Assembly: GCA_035649495.1 (NCBI GenBank)
Contig: DASRJL010000147.1
Coordinates: 8,479 to 72,478, forward strand
Length of the DNA: 64,000 nt
Direction of reading: 5' to 3'
Origin: Burkholderiales bacterium
GTDB lineage: Bacteria; Pseudomonadota; Gammaproteobacteria; Burkholderiales; SG8-41
Positions 1 to 10,280 of this stretch are shown here, in pieces (within the stretch, counting starts at the first letter, position 1; every line of letters begins with the position of its first letter). The notes below the pieces were generated by a model that was not told where the DNA came from, did no database searches, and saw nothing but the letters and a program-made list of their open reading frames with translations. The position numbers and the translations under genes were made by a program.

Positions 1-4
1 TTAA

Positions 5-976
5 TTACTCCCGCTGGATCTTCGCGTCCCGAATGACTTTCGTCCACTTCGCGACTTCGCTCACCACCTCTTTGTGCAGCGCTTCGGGCGTGCTGCCGGC
101 GACCTCAATGCCGATGCCATCGAGCTTCGCGCGCAGGTCGGGCAGCTGCAGCACCGGGAGCGTTTCCCGGTTGAGGAGCGTCACGATCGCCTTCGACGTG
201 CCGGCGGGAGCGTAGAGCGCGTAGTCCGTATAGGACTCGAATCCCGGCAATCCGGCCTCGCTCATCGTCGGCACGTCGGGCAGCTGGGCGGACCGATTCT
301 TGCGTGCGACGCCGAGCGCGCGCAGCCTGCCGGCCTTGATGTGGGGGATGTGCGCCGGCAGGCTGTCGATCGCCATCGAAACCCTCCCGTCGATCAGGTC
401 GGGCAGCAGTTGCGTCGTGCCTTTGTACGGTACGTGCAGGATGTTGACCCCGGCCGAAAGCTTGAACAGCTCACCGGTGAGATGGATGAGCCCGCCGACG
501 CCGGAGGAGGCGAAGGTCAGCTGGCCGGGTTTCGACTTCGCGAGCGTGATCAGCTCCTTCACCGAGGTTACGCCGAGGCTCGGCGGAACCACCATGACGA
601 CCGTTCCGAAGCCGATCTTGCTAACCGGATCGAGATCGCGGCTCAGATCGTAGTCGAGCTTGCGGTAATACGCGTGTGTGATTGCGAGGCCGATCACGGG
701 AGCGACGAGGAGCGTGTAGCCGTCGGGCGTCGCTTTCGCCGCGAGCGACGTGCCGAGGGTGCCGGCGGCGCCTGGCCGGTTGTCTATGACGACCGTCTGC
801 CCGAGCCGGGCGCCGAGCTTTTCCCCGACCGTTCGCGCCACGACGTCTACCCCGCCGCCCGGAGGGAAAGGAGCGATGATGCGCACCGGCCGCACCGGGT
901 ACTGCTGGCCGGCGGCCGGTAGCGCGGTCGCTGCCAGCACGACCGCCATGAGAACGAAGGCTCTGGTTACCCGCAT
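5..976 (-). CDS. Bug/TctC-family periplasmic solute-binding protein (tripartite tricarboxylate transporter receptor family)
   Basis: 323-aa ORF. Signal peptide MAVVLAATALPAAG is followed by the family N-terminal signature YPVRPVRIIAPFPPGGGVD, then VIDNRPGAAG and PDGYTLLV. Confidence 0.9.
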   Translation of the reverse strand: MRVTRAFVLMAVVLAATALPAAGQQYPVRPVRIIAPFPPGGGVDVVARTVGEKLGARLGQTVVIDNRPGAAGTLGTSLAAKATPDGYTLLVAPVIGLAITHAYYRKLDYDLSRDLDPVSKIGFGTVVMVVPPSLGVTSVKELITLAKSKPGQLTFASSGVGGLIHLTGELFKLSAGVNILHVPYKGTTQLLPDLIDGRVSMAIDSLPAHIPHIKAGRLRALGVARKNRSAQLPDVPTMSEAGLPGFESYTDYALYAPAGTSKAIVTLLNRETLPVLQLPDLRAKLDGIGIEVAGSTPEALHKEVVSEVAKWTKVIRDAKIQRE

Positions 977-1131
977 CTCGTCACCCCTACCTCGTTACCG
1001 GTATCCTGTTACGGGAGAATCCAGGTACAGCTTGCCACAACCGGTCTCCAGAAACGAGCCGCGCCACACCTGCGATCATGTATCACCGGTCACGTATCAC
1101 GCCGTTGAAGTCGAACCGAAAGGAGACCTCC

Positions 1132-1602
1132 ATGCGCCGCCTGATCAGAACCACTTTATCGCTCGGATTGTGTGCCTTCGCATTGGCCGCAACGAGCGTC
1201 CATGGTCAAACCAAAAACCCGCTCGTGGGCGCCTGGAAGGTCGCCGAGATTGCGAATCCGGGCAGTCCGCCGCTTTCCAATCCGCAGGCCGGGCTCTACC
1301 TGTTCACGCAGAAACACTACAGCGCCGTCCGGCTGAACGGCACCAAGCCGCTGCCGGCCTATCCGTCGAACGACGTCGCCACCGACGCCGACAAGGTTGC
1401 GGTTTTCAACATGCTGTACTTGAACGCCGGCGGCTACACGGTGAGCGGCAACATGCTGACGCTGAGCCCCACGATCGCCAAGAGCGCGTTCGCCATGGAG
1501 CCCGGCCGCACCATCCAGTACGAATTCACCGTGAATGGCGACACGCTGACGCTCGTCCAGAAGCCGAATGGTCCCGGCCTCAAATTCGTCCGCGTCGAGT
1601 AA
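1132..1602 (+). CDS. secreted hypothetical protein, lipocalin-like domain
   Basis: ATG at 1132 is preceded by AAGGAG. Signal peptide LSLGLCAFALAATSVHG. The mature part (GAWKVAEI...YLFTQKHYSAV...TLTLVQ) resembles small lipocalin-like beta-barrel proteins. Function unknown. Confidence 0.6.
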   Translation: MRRLIRTTLSLGLCAFALAATSVHGQTKNPLVGAWKVAEIANPGSPPLSNPQAGLYLFTQKHYSAVRLNGTKPLPAYPSNDVATDADKVAVFNMLYLNAGGYTVSGNMLTLSPTIAKSAFAMEPGRTIQYEFTVNGDTLTLVQKPNGPGLKFVRVE

Positions 1603-1625
1603 CTTTACAGGCACACTCAGACAGG

Positions 1626-2627
1626 ATGAACCCGATGAAATCCATGGATCCGCGCCCTGAGAGGTGCGCCGTACCGGCGCGTGCTTCATGGGTCCTGCTA
1701 TTGTGCTTCTCGGTCATCGCGACTGGCGCGGTAGGCGCGGACGCCTATCCCAGCAGGCCGATCCGCTTCGTCACCGCTGCCGTGGGCGGCGGCAATGACT
1801 TCGCGGCGCGCATCATCGCGCACGGTCTGACAGCCAATCTCGGCCAACAGGTGATCGTCGACAATCGGGGCGGATCGCATATTCCGCAGCTGACGGTCGC
1901 CAAGGGGACTCCGGATGGATACACGATCCTCGTGCAGAACAATACCGTCTGGGTCGCGCCGCTGCTCGAAAAAGTCGGGTACGACCATTTCACGGAGCTC
2001 GTCCCAATCACTCAGACGGCCCGCGCGCCGAACGTCCTGGTGGTGCATCCGTCCCTGCCCGTAAATTCCGTCAAGGAGCTGATCGCTGCCGCAAAGGCCG
2101 CCCCGGGAGACATCAACTACGCCTCTGGCGTGGTGGGCTCGTCGAATTACATCGCCGCCGAGGTTTTCAAGGCCATGGCCGGGGTCAACCTCGTGCGCAT
2201 CGGCTACAAGGGCACGGGCCCGGCGTTGAACGACGTGTTGAGCGGACAGGTGAAGATCATATTCGCGACGACGACTTCCTCAACGCCTCACATAAAGTCC
2301 GGCAGACTGAAGGCGTTGGCCATTACCAGCGCCCAGCCGTCCGCCCTGATGCCGGGAGTGCCGACGGTCGCCGCTTCCGGCGTGCCGGGCTATGCGGCGG
2401 AGGCGATCTACGGGGTGTGGACACCGGCCAAAGTAGCTCCGGCAATCCAGAGCCTCCTGCACCGGGAGATCGTCAAGGTGCTCGAGGCGCCACAGACCCG
2501 CGAGCGCTTTTTCAGCTCGGGCGCGGAAGTCGTCGCCAGCACGCCGCAGGTTTTTGCGGCGGAGATCAAAGCCGAGACGACACGCCTGGACAAGGTCTTC
2601 AAGAGCGCGGGCATACGCGCGAACTAG
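1626..2627 (+). CDS. Bug/TctC-family periplasmic solute-binding protein
   Basis: C-terminal 333 codons of ORF 750..2627. Signal peptide WVLLLCFSVIATGAVGA, then YPSRPIRFVTAAVGGGNDF, VIVDNRGG and PDGYTILV. The upstream part of the ORF is off-frame read-through. Start ATG 1626 is approximate. Confidence 0.85.
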   Translation: MNPMKSMDPRPERCAVPARASWVLLLCFSVIATGAVGADAYPSRPIRFVTAAVGGGNDFAARIIAHGLTANLGQQVIVDNRGGSHIPQLTVAKGTPDGYTILVQNNTVWVAPLLEKVGYDHFTELVPITQTARAPNVLVVHPSLPVNSVKELIAAAKAAPGDINYASGVVGSSNYIAAEVFKAMAGVNLVRIGYKGTGPALNDVLSGQVKIIFATTTSSTPHIKSGRLKALAITSAQPSALMPGVPTVAASGVPGYAAEAIYGVWTPAKVAPAIQSLLHREIVKVLEAPQTRERFFSSGAEVVASTPQVFAAEIKAETTRLDKVFKSAGIRAN

Positions 2628-2642
2628 ATCCGGGCACTATTT

Positions 2643-3122
2643 TTACCGGCCGGCCTGGCGGGGTTCCTTGCTCGCCATGAGCCTGGCGTGCCCGGCTTCC
2701 ATCTCGGCCTTGCTGAGAAACCCGTCCCGGTTGGTATCCATCCGGCTGAACATGGTCCGGGAACCGGCCGCGTGCTCGGCGGCGGTAAGCACGCCGTCGC
2801 GGTTCGTATCGATGGCCCGGATCTTTTCAGCGGCGGACATCTCTCCCTCTGCGGCCTCTTTGCCCGTCACTTTCCGATGCGCGGCCTCCATTTCCCCGGC
2901 GGTGACCCTGCCATCCATGTTCGCGTCCATTGCGTCGAACATTTTTTTCGCGCCGATTGCATGCTCTTCCGGCGACACCTTGCCATCGCCGTTGGTGTCC
3001 ATTGCCATGAACTGCGCGTCGACGCCGGGGGCCTTGGACGTCTCCTGGGCAAAGCCGGGCGATGCCCAGAGTGCCCAGATGAGGGCAAGCGCGTATGCCG
3101 GTTCTGGTCGGTAGCTTTTCAT
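2643..3122 (-). CDS. periplasmic EF-hand calcium-binding protein
   Basis: Signal peptide, then four canonical EF loops: DTNGDGKVS, DANMDGRVT, DTNRDGVLT and DTNRDGFLS. GGAGGA lies upstream of the ATG. Confidence 0.8.
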   Translation of the reverse strand: MKSYRPEPAYALALIWALWASPGFAQETSKAPGVDAQFMAMDTNGDGKVSPEEHAIGAKKMFDAMDANMDGRVTAGEMEAAHRKVTGKEAAEGEMSAAEKIRAIDTNRDGVLTAAEHAAGSRTMFSRMDTNRDGFLSKAEMEAGHARLMASKEPRQAGR

Positions 3123-3407
3123 ATGTCCTCCAGTGTGGTGCGGTGCGAGAAGCCGTACCGGTACGACTCGGACGAGCCTGACGAGTTCAGACCGTGCTGC
3201 ATGCCGCAGTGCCGGAGAAGAGAGTCACCGTGTCAGAATCGACTGACTTTGAGTCACGAGTCATAAGTCGTCATCAGGCCACGCATGATTCCCCGGCGAA
3301 AAGCCATGATTTGCCTCTTTTCCGCCACTTTCTCCGCGTAACCTCGTTTTCTATCGCGCAGGCACATTCTTCGAATTCCCAGCTCGCCCTTCCACGTTCA
3401 TCCTTGC

Positions 3408-4598
3408 ATGCAGATTCATCCACCTCGCCCGCACTGGGATTGTGTTGTAGTCGGCGCGAGCTTTGCCGGTCTTGCCTCGGCGACGGCAATGGCGCGTGCC
3501 GGCCTGCGCGTCGTCGTGCTGGAGAAAAAGGCCGATGTCGGCGAGAAGCTCCACACCACCGGAATCATCGTCAAGGACGCGATCGACGAGATTGCGCTGC
3601 TTGAAGGCCTCCCGATCGAGCTCGTGCACCGGATCAGCGGGGTAAGGCTCTACGCGCCTAACCTGCGGCACGTCGATCTCTCCGCGCCCGGCTACTACTT
3701 TCTCGCGACCGACACGCCGGGTGTCATGCGCTGGCTGGCTGCGAAGACCGAGCGCGCGGGCGCGCGCGTCGTCTGCCGCACGCCATTCGTGCACGCGCGG
3801 CGCATGTATGGCGGTTTCGATCTTGGTGAAGTGGGTACGACGTCCTATCTCGTCGGCGCCGACGGCCCCAATTCCCGGGTAGCGCACGCGCTGGGTCTCG
3901 GGCACAACAGGCAGTTCCTGTTCGGCATCGAGCACGAATATGCGAGTGCGAAGATCGCGGACCCGCACCGAATGCATTGCTTCATCGATCGCGGCATCGC
4001 GCCCGGCTATATCGCCTGGGTCGTCTCGGGCGTGGGCGTAGTCCAGGTCGGCCTGGCGCGGCGCGTGCGCGACGGCCAGTCGACGGCAAGGGCGGCGATG
4101 GCGGCATTTCTCGACAAGATCGCGCCGCTCTTCGATTTCCGGGACATGCGTCCTGCCTCGATCCGGGCCGGCAGGATTCCGTGCGGCGGCGTGGTATCGC
4201 CGGAGGCGGCCGAACGCTCGTTGCTGGTGGGGGACGCCGCGGGCATGGTGTCGCCTCTGACCGCCGGCGGCATACACACTGCACTGAAACACGGCACCGC
4301 CGCCGGCCGCGCCATCGCCGAGTACCTCTGGGGCCGCAAGCCGGATCCGTCCGCGTGGTTTGTCGGCTCGTATCCCCGATTCAGGGTGAAGCGCCTGCTA
4401 CGCTTCGCCTTCGATCGTTTTCAAAGCGATACGCTGTTCAATCTGCTGCTCGGCACGCGGCCTATGCGAGCGGCGGCCAGCATCGTGTATTTCCATCGCA
4501 GAGGTGTTTTCGACCCGACGGACCGGAACGTTCGGGGAATGCAGGAAGAGGGGATTTCCCGGGACAGCGCGTCCCGGTTACCTCGCGTCGACAACTAG
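3408..4598 (+). CDS. FAD-dependent oxidoreductase, geranylgeranyl-reductase-like
   Basis: N-terminal dinucleotide fold VVVGASFAGLASATAMARAGLRVVVLEKK. Also LVGADGPNSRVA and LVGDAAGMVSPLTAGGI. Confidence 0.8.
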   Translation: MQIHPPRPHWDCVVVGASFAGLASATAMARAGLRVVVLEKKADVGEKLHTTGIIVKDAIDEIALLEGLPIELVHRISGVRLYAPNLRHVDLSAPGYYFLATDTPGVMRWLAAKTERAGARVVCRTPFVHARRMYGGFDLGEVGTTSYLVGADGPNSRVAHALGLGHNRQFLFGIEHEYASAKIADPHRMHCFIDRGIAPGYIAWVVSGVGVVQVGLARRVRDGQSTARAAMAAFLDKIAPLFDFRDMRPASIRAGRIPCGGVVSPEAAERSLLVGDAAGMVSPLTAGGIHTALKHGTAAGRAIAEYLWGRKPDPSAWFVGSYPRFRVKRLLRFAFDRFQSDTLFNLLLGTRPMRAAASIVYFHRRGVFDPTDRNVRGMQEEGISRDSASRLPRVDN

Positions 4599-4681
4599 AG
4601 GGCCGGGGCAGACTCGATCAGTCCGCGACATCAGATCGCGCCCGAATTCAGAGTATCGTTAGTGCCTGGAACTGAGTTCCC

Positions 4682-5518
4682 ATGCAAAGAACGAGGGTTC
4701 TACTGATCGCCGCGCTCCTGGCCGTCGGCTGGGCGCCGGCAACGGCGCAGCAGGAGAAGCCGCCCGCCCAGGCGTCGGGTCCGGCGGGCGTCGAGTTGAT
4801 GCCGGCAATTGTGGAGGCGGTTGCAAGAGGCCCGCAGCCCGAGCCGGCAAAAACCACGATCAAGTCCATACGCTCGCAGATAAAGACGTCGAACGTGAAC
4901 GTGCTGGCGGAGCGGTACTACGAGAAACTCGAGAACAACGTGTGGGCCGTCACCGAGGTGATGGGCGCGAAATCGACCGGGGTACGGCGCGCGCTGATGT
5001 GGCACGGCATCGTGGACCTCGCCAGCACCGTCGAGTTTGGCGGACCCGTGAGGACGGGCGGCGTCATTCCGCTGGGCAAGCTGTTTATTCCGTTTTCGAC
5101 GGAGCGCACCTTTACGTCGCAGGGGTTCATGAACGCAACCTCCATCGCCGGAGATTTCGCGGCACTGGCGCTACCTACGCCGGGCGCGGCGTTCGGCTTC
5201 GAGCAAAAGCTCGAAGGCAAGAACACGGTGACGTTCAGCGGCGGCATATTCAGCGGGCCGCGTACTTCCGACCTCAAGGTCGATCGCCGGAACAGGTGCG
5301 TGGTCGGGGAGGAGGCGGAATCAACGGCGATCAGTGTTCATCTGCGTGGTCGCTACTTGCCGGTCACCTGCGAGGGCAGGGACGAGGTCAGCAATACGAG
5401 CCATACGCGCAAATGGGCCTACCTGCTGGACAACAGGCTGTACATTGCAATCAGCAGTGTGACGGGCGGCGGCGTGCCCGAGACGCACGAAATTACCGCG
5501 GTCGAGTACGCGCCCTGA
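4682..5518 (+). CDS. secreted hypothetical protein
   Basis: 278-aa ORF with signal peptide VLLIAALLAVGWAPATAQQ and non-repetitive, protein-like composition. No family recognised. Confidence 0.5.
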   Translation: MQRTRVLLIAALLAVGWAPATAQQEKPPAQASGPAGVELMPAIVEAVARGPQPEPAKTTIKSIRSQIKTSNVNVLAERYYEKLENNVWAVTEVMGAKSTGVRRALMWHGIVDLASTVEFGGPVRTGGVIPLGKLFIPFSTERTFTSQGFMNATSIAGDFAALALPTPGAAFGFEQKLEGKNTVTFSGGIFSGPRTSDLKVDRRNRCVVGEEAESTAISVHLRGRYLPVTCEGRDEVSNTSHTRKWAYLLDNRLYIAISSVTGGGVPETHEITAVEYAP

Positions 5519-5557
5519 TCTTTCAGGCGTGGTCACGGGCGGCTTCGCTGGTATGCA

Positions 5558-5953
5558 TCACCCGGACGGCAGCTCGCTGCCATAGGGTGTCGTGATGATC
5601 TCCAGCAGGTGGCCGCTCGGATCGTCGAAGTAGACGCCGCGGCCGCCGTAGTAGCGGTTGATCTCGCCCTGGCGGCTCTTGCCCGGGTCCGCCCAGTAGG
5701 GCAGGCCGCGCTCCCGGATGCGGCCGAAGATCTGGTCGAACTCGGCCTCGCTCACCAGAAAGGCGTAGTGCTGCGTCTGTACTTCCATGTCCCCGGCCTC
5801 CAGGAAGGCGAGCGTCACCTCGTTGCCGACCTCGACGTCCAGGAAAGGGCCGAAGGGGACGGGCGCGGGCAGGCCGAAGAGCCCGCTGTAGAAGTCGGCG
5901 GCGGCGCGCGGGTCGCGCGAATGGACGATGGTGTGATTGAGCTTGACCGTCAT
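5558..5953 (-). CDS. VOC (glyoxalase/bleomycin-resistance/dioxygenase) family protein
   Basis: Internal ATG of ORF 5558..6406. The 131-aa product MTVKLNHTIVHSRDPRAAADFYSGLFGL...HYAFLV...DPSGHLLEI is typical of single-domain VOC proteins. Confidence 0.75.
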   Translation of the reverse strand: MTVKLNHTIVHSRDPRAAADFYSGLFGLPAPVPFGPFLDVEVGNEVTLAFLEAGDMEVQTQHYAFLVSEAEFDQIFGRIRERGLPYWADPGKSRQGEINRYYGGRGVYFDDPSGHLLEIITTPYGSELPSG

Positions 5954-6007
5954 ACCCGCAAGCGTGCAACCTTTGGCGTAAATTGGCAAGCCGAAGGGAG
6001 CACCGCC

Positions 6008-6409
6008 GTGACCGATCTGACGCCCAATATTCCTCAAGTGGTGGCCGAGGTGCGCGAGCTCTTCGAGCGCTACGAGCAGGCGCTCGTCGACAAGAACGTC
6101 GAAGTCCTGGACGCGACGTTCTGGCGGAGCCCCTACACCGTCCGCTTGACGCCCGTCGAGCACGGCTACGGCTTCGACGAGATCCACGCGCACCGCGTGC
6201 GGCGTCCGCCGGGCCCCGGCACCAAGGAGTCGCGGCGCCGGCTCGAGATCCTCACGCTCGGGCGCGACATCGCCACGGTAAATCTCGAATACAAAGTGCG
6301 CGGCCAGAACCAGATCGGCCGGCAAAGTCAGACCTGGGTGCGCTTTCCCGAGGGATGGAAAGTGGTGAGCGCGCATGTATCGACTGTCGACCCGAGTGCA
6401 CTGCATTGA
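6008..6409 (+). CDS. AtzH-like / SnoaL-like (DUF3225) domain protein
   Basis: The last roughly 133 codons of ORF 5609..6409 (IPQVVAEVRELFERYEQALVDKNVEVLDATFW...GRQSQTWVRFPEGWKVVSAHVS) match the AtzH-like family pattern. The GTG start at 6008 is a guess. Confidence 0.6.
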   Translation: MTDLTPNIPQVVAEVRELFERYEQALVDKNVEVLDATFWRSPYTVRLTPVEHGYGFDEIHAHRVRRPPGPGTKESRRRLEILTLGRDIATVNLEYKVRGQNQIGRQSQTWVRFPEGWKVVSAHVSTVDPSALH

Positions 6410-6444
6410 ATGGAACCGCAGATGAGCGCAGATACAGGCAAATC

Positions 6445-7938
6445 ATGTCGATGACCGGCACGGACATCGCGCAGTATCGCGATGAGCTCGGCGAGCTGAT
6501 CGCCGATTACGTGGTGAACGTTTCCGGCCGGCTCGACGCGCGCGCCGAGCGCGCCGCGAAGGCGGTCGTGATCGATTCGATCGCCGTGGCGATCGCCGCG
6601 CTGCGGCACCCGGCTGCGCAGAACGCGCGCAGGCACGCCTACCGCTTCCCGGCGAGCCGGCAGGGCTGCGTGATCTGGGGGACGCAGCGGCGCGCGATGC
6701 CCGAGCTCGCTGCGCTGACGAACGGCGTGCTGCTGCGGTGCCACGACTACAACGATTTTTTCGTGGGCCTGCGCAACAGCGGCCACACCAGCGATATGCT
6801 GTCCGGAGTGATCGCGGCGGCCGAATGGACCAACGCGCCCGGAAAGAAACTGCTGTCGTCGATCGCCGTCGGCTACGAGATGGTGGGAGCCGCGTTCGAC
6901 GCGTTCTCGACCGCGCCGGGCGGCTGGGACTACACGAACCTGATGCAGCTCGGCGCGACCGCCGCGATCGCGCGCCTGCTCAACCTGAACGCCGATGAGA
7001 CGCGCGAAGCGATGGGCATGACCGTGGTTCCCCATTTCGCCAGCGACGAGATCGAATCGGGGGAGTTGAACCGGCGCGGCGACCTCTCGATGTGGAAGCG
7101 CTTCAACGGGGGCGACGCCGTCAGGAATTCGCTCCAGGCGTGTCTCCTCGCGCAGGTGGGCGTGGAGGCGGCAGTCAGGCCGTTCGGCGGAAAGTGCGGC
7201 TTCATCCGGAAAATGGACATGAAGGACGATCCGGCGCCGGTGCTGCGCGAGCGGCTCGATCCGCGCCGGCCGCTCGGCCGGGTGAACGACGCATTCATGA
7301 AGCGGTGGCCGGTCGGCTCCGTGGCGCAGAGCGCGATCCAGGCGGCACTGCAGGCCCGCTCGCGGATCAAGGACCTGTCCCGGATCCGGCAGATACACGT
7401 ATTCGCCGAGGAAGGCGCCTACGACCACCTCGTAAAGATACGCCAGGACCCGTGGCATCCCATCTCGCGCGAGACGGCGGACCATTCACTCCCCTACATC
7501 GTTGCGGCTGCCGTGCTCGACGGCGCCATCACGGTGCCGAGCTTTGCGCCGAAGCTCGTGCGCAACCGCGAGCGACAGGCGTTCATCAGGAAAGTCACCT
7601 GCGCGCCGGCGCTGGAGCTTGGCTCGCACGCCATGGGGAAGCACAAGCGGGTCGAGATGGGCTACCTGTCGCGCGTCGAGATCGAGCTCGACGACGGCAC
7701 GGTCGTGCACGGCGATGCCCGGCCGTTCCCGGGCCACCACAAGAACCCGTTCTCCGACGCCGACCTGGACGATAAGCTGCGAGAGTGCGTCGAGCCGATC
7801 GCAGGCCCGCAGCGCGCCGCCAGGCTGAGATCGCTCCTGTGGTCCCTGGACAAGGTCAAGAGCACGCGCGAGCTGACCAGCCTCCTCGCGTTCGGCGGCA
7901 GGACGGATATCGACAGCGCCAGGGTGCGCGAGAGATGA
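6445..7938 (+). CDS. MmgE/PrpD (2-methylcitrate dehydratase-like) family protein
   Basis: About 497 aa from ATG 6445. Length and N-terminal pattern (LIADYVVNV...AKAVVIDSIAVAIAAL...NGVLLRCHDYND) are typical of the family. Confidence 0.8.
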   Translation: MSMTGTDIAQYRDELGELIADYVVNVSGRLDARAERAAKAVVIDSIAVAIAALRHPAAQNARRHAYRFPASRQGCVIWGTQRRAMPELAALTNGVLLRCHDYNDFFVGLRNSGHTSDMLSGVIAAAEWTNAPGKKLLSSIAVGYEMVGAAFDAFSTAPGGWDYTNLMQLGATAAIARLLNLNADETREAMGMTVVPHFASDEIESGELNRRGDLSMWKRFNGGDAVRNSLQACLLAQVGVEAAVRPFGGKCGFIRKMDMKDDPAPVLRERLDPRRPLGRVNDAFMKRWPVGSVAQSAIQAALQARSRIKDLSRIRQIHVFAEEGAYDHLVKIRQDPWHPISRETADHSLPYIVAAAVLDGAITVPSFAPKLVRNRERQAFIRKVTCAPALELGSHAMGKHKRVEMGYLSRVEIELDDGTVVHGDARPFPGHHKNPFSDADLDDKLRECVEPIAGPQRAARLRSLLWSLDKVKSTRELTSLLAFGGRTDIDSARVRER

Positions 7939-7978
7939 TAGGGTATCGCCCGAATACAACCCGCAACGGCAGACGGCC

Positions 7979-9259
7979 ATGATGAACGACGAGTCGAACG
8001 TATTCCTGACCCGCACCGGACCTGGCACGCCGATGGGCGAGCTGTTCCGGCGCTACTGGATCCCCGCGCTCCTCGACCAGGAGCTGCCGGAGCGGGACTG
8101 CCCGCCGGTGCGCGTGAAACTGCTCGGAGAGAAGCTGATCGCCTTCCGCGATACGGAGGGCCGGCTCGGGCTGATCGACGAGTTTTGCGCCCACCGCGGC
8201 GTGTCGCTGTGGTTCGGCCGCAACGAGGAGTGCGGGCTGCGCTGCGCGTACCACGGCTGGAAGTACGACGTGAACGGCCAGTGCGTGGACCTGCCTTCCG
8301 AGGCGGAGGCAAGCGGAATGCGCGGGCGCATCAAGCTGAAGTCCTACCCCTGCGTGGAGCTGGGCGGCGTCATCTGGGCTTACATGGGCCCGCCCGGCGA
8401 GCGGCCGCCGCTGCCGAGCTTCGAATGGGTACAGCTCCCTCCGGCGCATCGCGTCGTCACCAAGCGCTGGCAGGAGAGCAACTACCTGCAGGCGGTCGAG
8501 GGCGGCATCGATTCCAGCCACGTCTCGTTCCTGCACCGCGGAGACATGGCTACGGACCCGTTCCACCGCAACACGGGTGGCGCGCGCATGGTCAAGGCTA
8601 CGAAGACGACGTTCGACATTCTCGACGCTCCGGGCGGCCTGCTGATCGGGGCGCGGCGGGACGCGGATCCCGGCCACTACTACTGGCGGATCACGCAGTA
8701 CATCATGCCGTGGTACACGCTGATTCCGCCGTACGCGAGGAACGCGCTGAACGGCCACGCCTGGGTGCCGATAGACGACGAGAACTGCATGGCGTGGTCC
8801 ATGACGTTTCATCCCACCGCGCCCATACCCGAGAAAGACGTGGAGCTCCTCAAGGACGGCAACGGGGTCCATGCAGAGCTGATACCCGGCACCTTTCGTC
8901 CCGTGGCCAACCGCCACAACGACTACCTGATCGATCGCGCCAAGCAGAGAAGCGGCCGCCATTACAACGGCGTCAAGGGGCTCGCGATGCAGGACGCGTC
9001 GGTGCAGGAGAGCATCGGGGCCATCGCGGACCGGACGCAGGAGAATCTCGTCTCCACCGACAACGCCATCATCCTGGCGCGCCAGCGGCTCATGAAGGCA
9101 GCGCAGGAAGTGCGCAACGGCGGCAAGGCGCCAGGGCTCACTCCCGAAGGGCAACTGGTGCGCTCCGCCTCGTTCGTTCTTCCCGCCGATGCCAGTTTCA
9201 AGGAGCGGGCGCTGGACGCGGTGAAGCACCGGCAAGGTGAGCCGCACGTCGCCGTCTGA
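7979..9259 (+). CDS. Rieske [2Fe-2S] aromatic-ring-hydroxylating oxygenase, alpha subunit (phthalate-family type)
   Basis: Rieske motif CAHRGVSLWFGRNEECGLRCAYHGWKY (CxH-x17-CxxH). 426 aa. No reductase or ferredoxin gene is seen nearby. Confidence 0.85.
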   Translation: MMNDESNVFLTRTGPGTPMGELFRRYWIPALLDQELPERDCPPVRVKLLGEKLIAFRDTEGRLGLIDEFCAHRGVSLWFGRNEECGLRCAYHGWKYDVNGQCVDLPSEAEASGMRGRIKLKSYPCVELGGVIWAYMGPPGERPPLPSFEWVQLPPAHRVVTKRWQESNYLQAVEGGIDSSHVSFLHRGDMATDPFHRNTGGARMVKATKTTFDILDAPGGLLIGARRDADPGHYYWRITQYIMPWYTLIPPYARNALNGHAWVPIDDENCMAWSMTFHPTAPIPEKDVELLKDGNGVHAELIPGTFRPVANRHNDYLIDRAKQRSGRHYNGVKGLAMQDASVQESIGAIADRTQENLVSTDNAIILARQRLMKAAQEVRNGGKAPGLTPEGQLVRSASFVLPADASFKERALDAVKHRQGEPHVAV

Positions 9260-9284
9260 CGGCGGCAAGGATGAAGGTGGAAGG

Positions 9285-10265
9285 ATGATCCAACTCGCTC
9301 CCCTCCTGCCGTTCGCTTTCGGAGCGGTCCTGCTGTTCGCCGCGGCGCCGCAGCCGGCCCAGGCGCAGGACTATCCCTCGCGCCCCATCCGGCTCATCGT
9401 GCCGTTCACGCCGGGTACCGCCGCCGATACCTGGGCGAGATTGCTCGGCCCGCACATCTCGCAGCGCTGGAACGTCCCGGTCGTAGTGGATAACCGCAGC
9501 GGCGCCTCCGGCATCATCGGTATGGAGGCCTGCGCCAACGCCAATCCCGACGGCCACACGCTCCTCTTCACTGCGACCGCCTTCGGCACGCTGGCGGCGA
9601 TGAACCCCAAGCTGCCCTACGATCCGCACAAGAGCTTCTCACCGGTGCTGTTGCTGGGCACGAGCCCGTTGACGCTGGTCGTCGCCAACAAGTTTCCGGC
9701 CACGAGCGTGCGCGAGCTGATCGAGCAGGCGCGGAAGCAGCCGGGAGCAATCAATTACGCGACGTCGGGCACGGGCAGCGTGTTTCACCTCACCATGGAA
9801 TGGTTCAAGCTGGAGAACGGAATCAACCTGGTTCACGTTCCGTACAAGGGCATGGCGGGCGTGACGAGCGACCTCGTGGCGGGCCACGTGCAGGCCGGAT
9901 TGATGGTGTTGCAGACCGTCGCACCGCACGCGCAGGGCGGCAGGGTGCGCATGCTGGCCGTGCTGGGGCGCGAGCGGGCGCCGCAGTTTCCGCAGGTGCC
10001 GACGCTCGCCGAATCGGGCATGCCCGGCATGATCGTGGACGCCTGGGCCGGCGTCATGGCGCCCGCGAAGACACCGCGCGCCGCGATCGCGAAGCTGAAC
10101 GCGGAGTTGAACGCCCTCAGCGCGCTGCCGGAAGTGCGGGAGACGCTGGCGAAGCTGGGGATAAGCGCCACGGGCGGATCGCCCGAGACCCTGGACGCGC
10201 TCGTTCGCCGGGAAATCAAGCAGTGGGCGCAGGTCGTGAAGCGCGCCAATATCAAGCCGGAGTAG
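9285..10265 (+). CDS. Bug/TctC-family periplasmic solute-binding protein
   Basis: ATG 9285 follows GAAGGTGGAAGG. Signal peptide, then YPSRPIRLIVPFTPGTAAD, VVVDNRSGASG and PDGHTLLF. Confidence 0.9.
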   Translation: MIQLAPLLPFAFGAVLLFAAAPQPAQAQDYPSRPIRLIVPFTPGTAADTWARLLGPHISQRWNVPVVVDNRSGASGIIGMEACANANPDGHTLLFTATAFGTLAAMNPKLPYDPHKSFSPVLLLGTSPLTLVVANKFPATSVRELIEQARKQPGAINYATSGTGSVFHLTMEWFKLENGINLVHVPYKGMAGVTSDLVAGHVQAGLMVLQTVAPHAQGGRVRMLAVLGRERAPQFPQVPTLAESGMPGMIVDAWAGVMAPAKTPRAAIAKLNAELNALSALPEVRETLAKLGISATGGSPETLDALVRREIKQWAQVVKRANIKPE

Positions 10266-10280
10266 CGAAGGAGGCCTGGC

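Noticed and set aside
750-1625. N-terminal 290 codons of ORF 750-2627.
   Set aside because: This part is antisense to the TctC gene at 5-976 and overlaps the lipocalin-like gene. The family-typical signal peptide and mature N-terminus begin only at about 1626.
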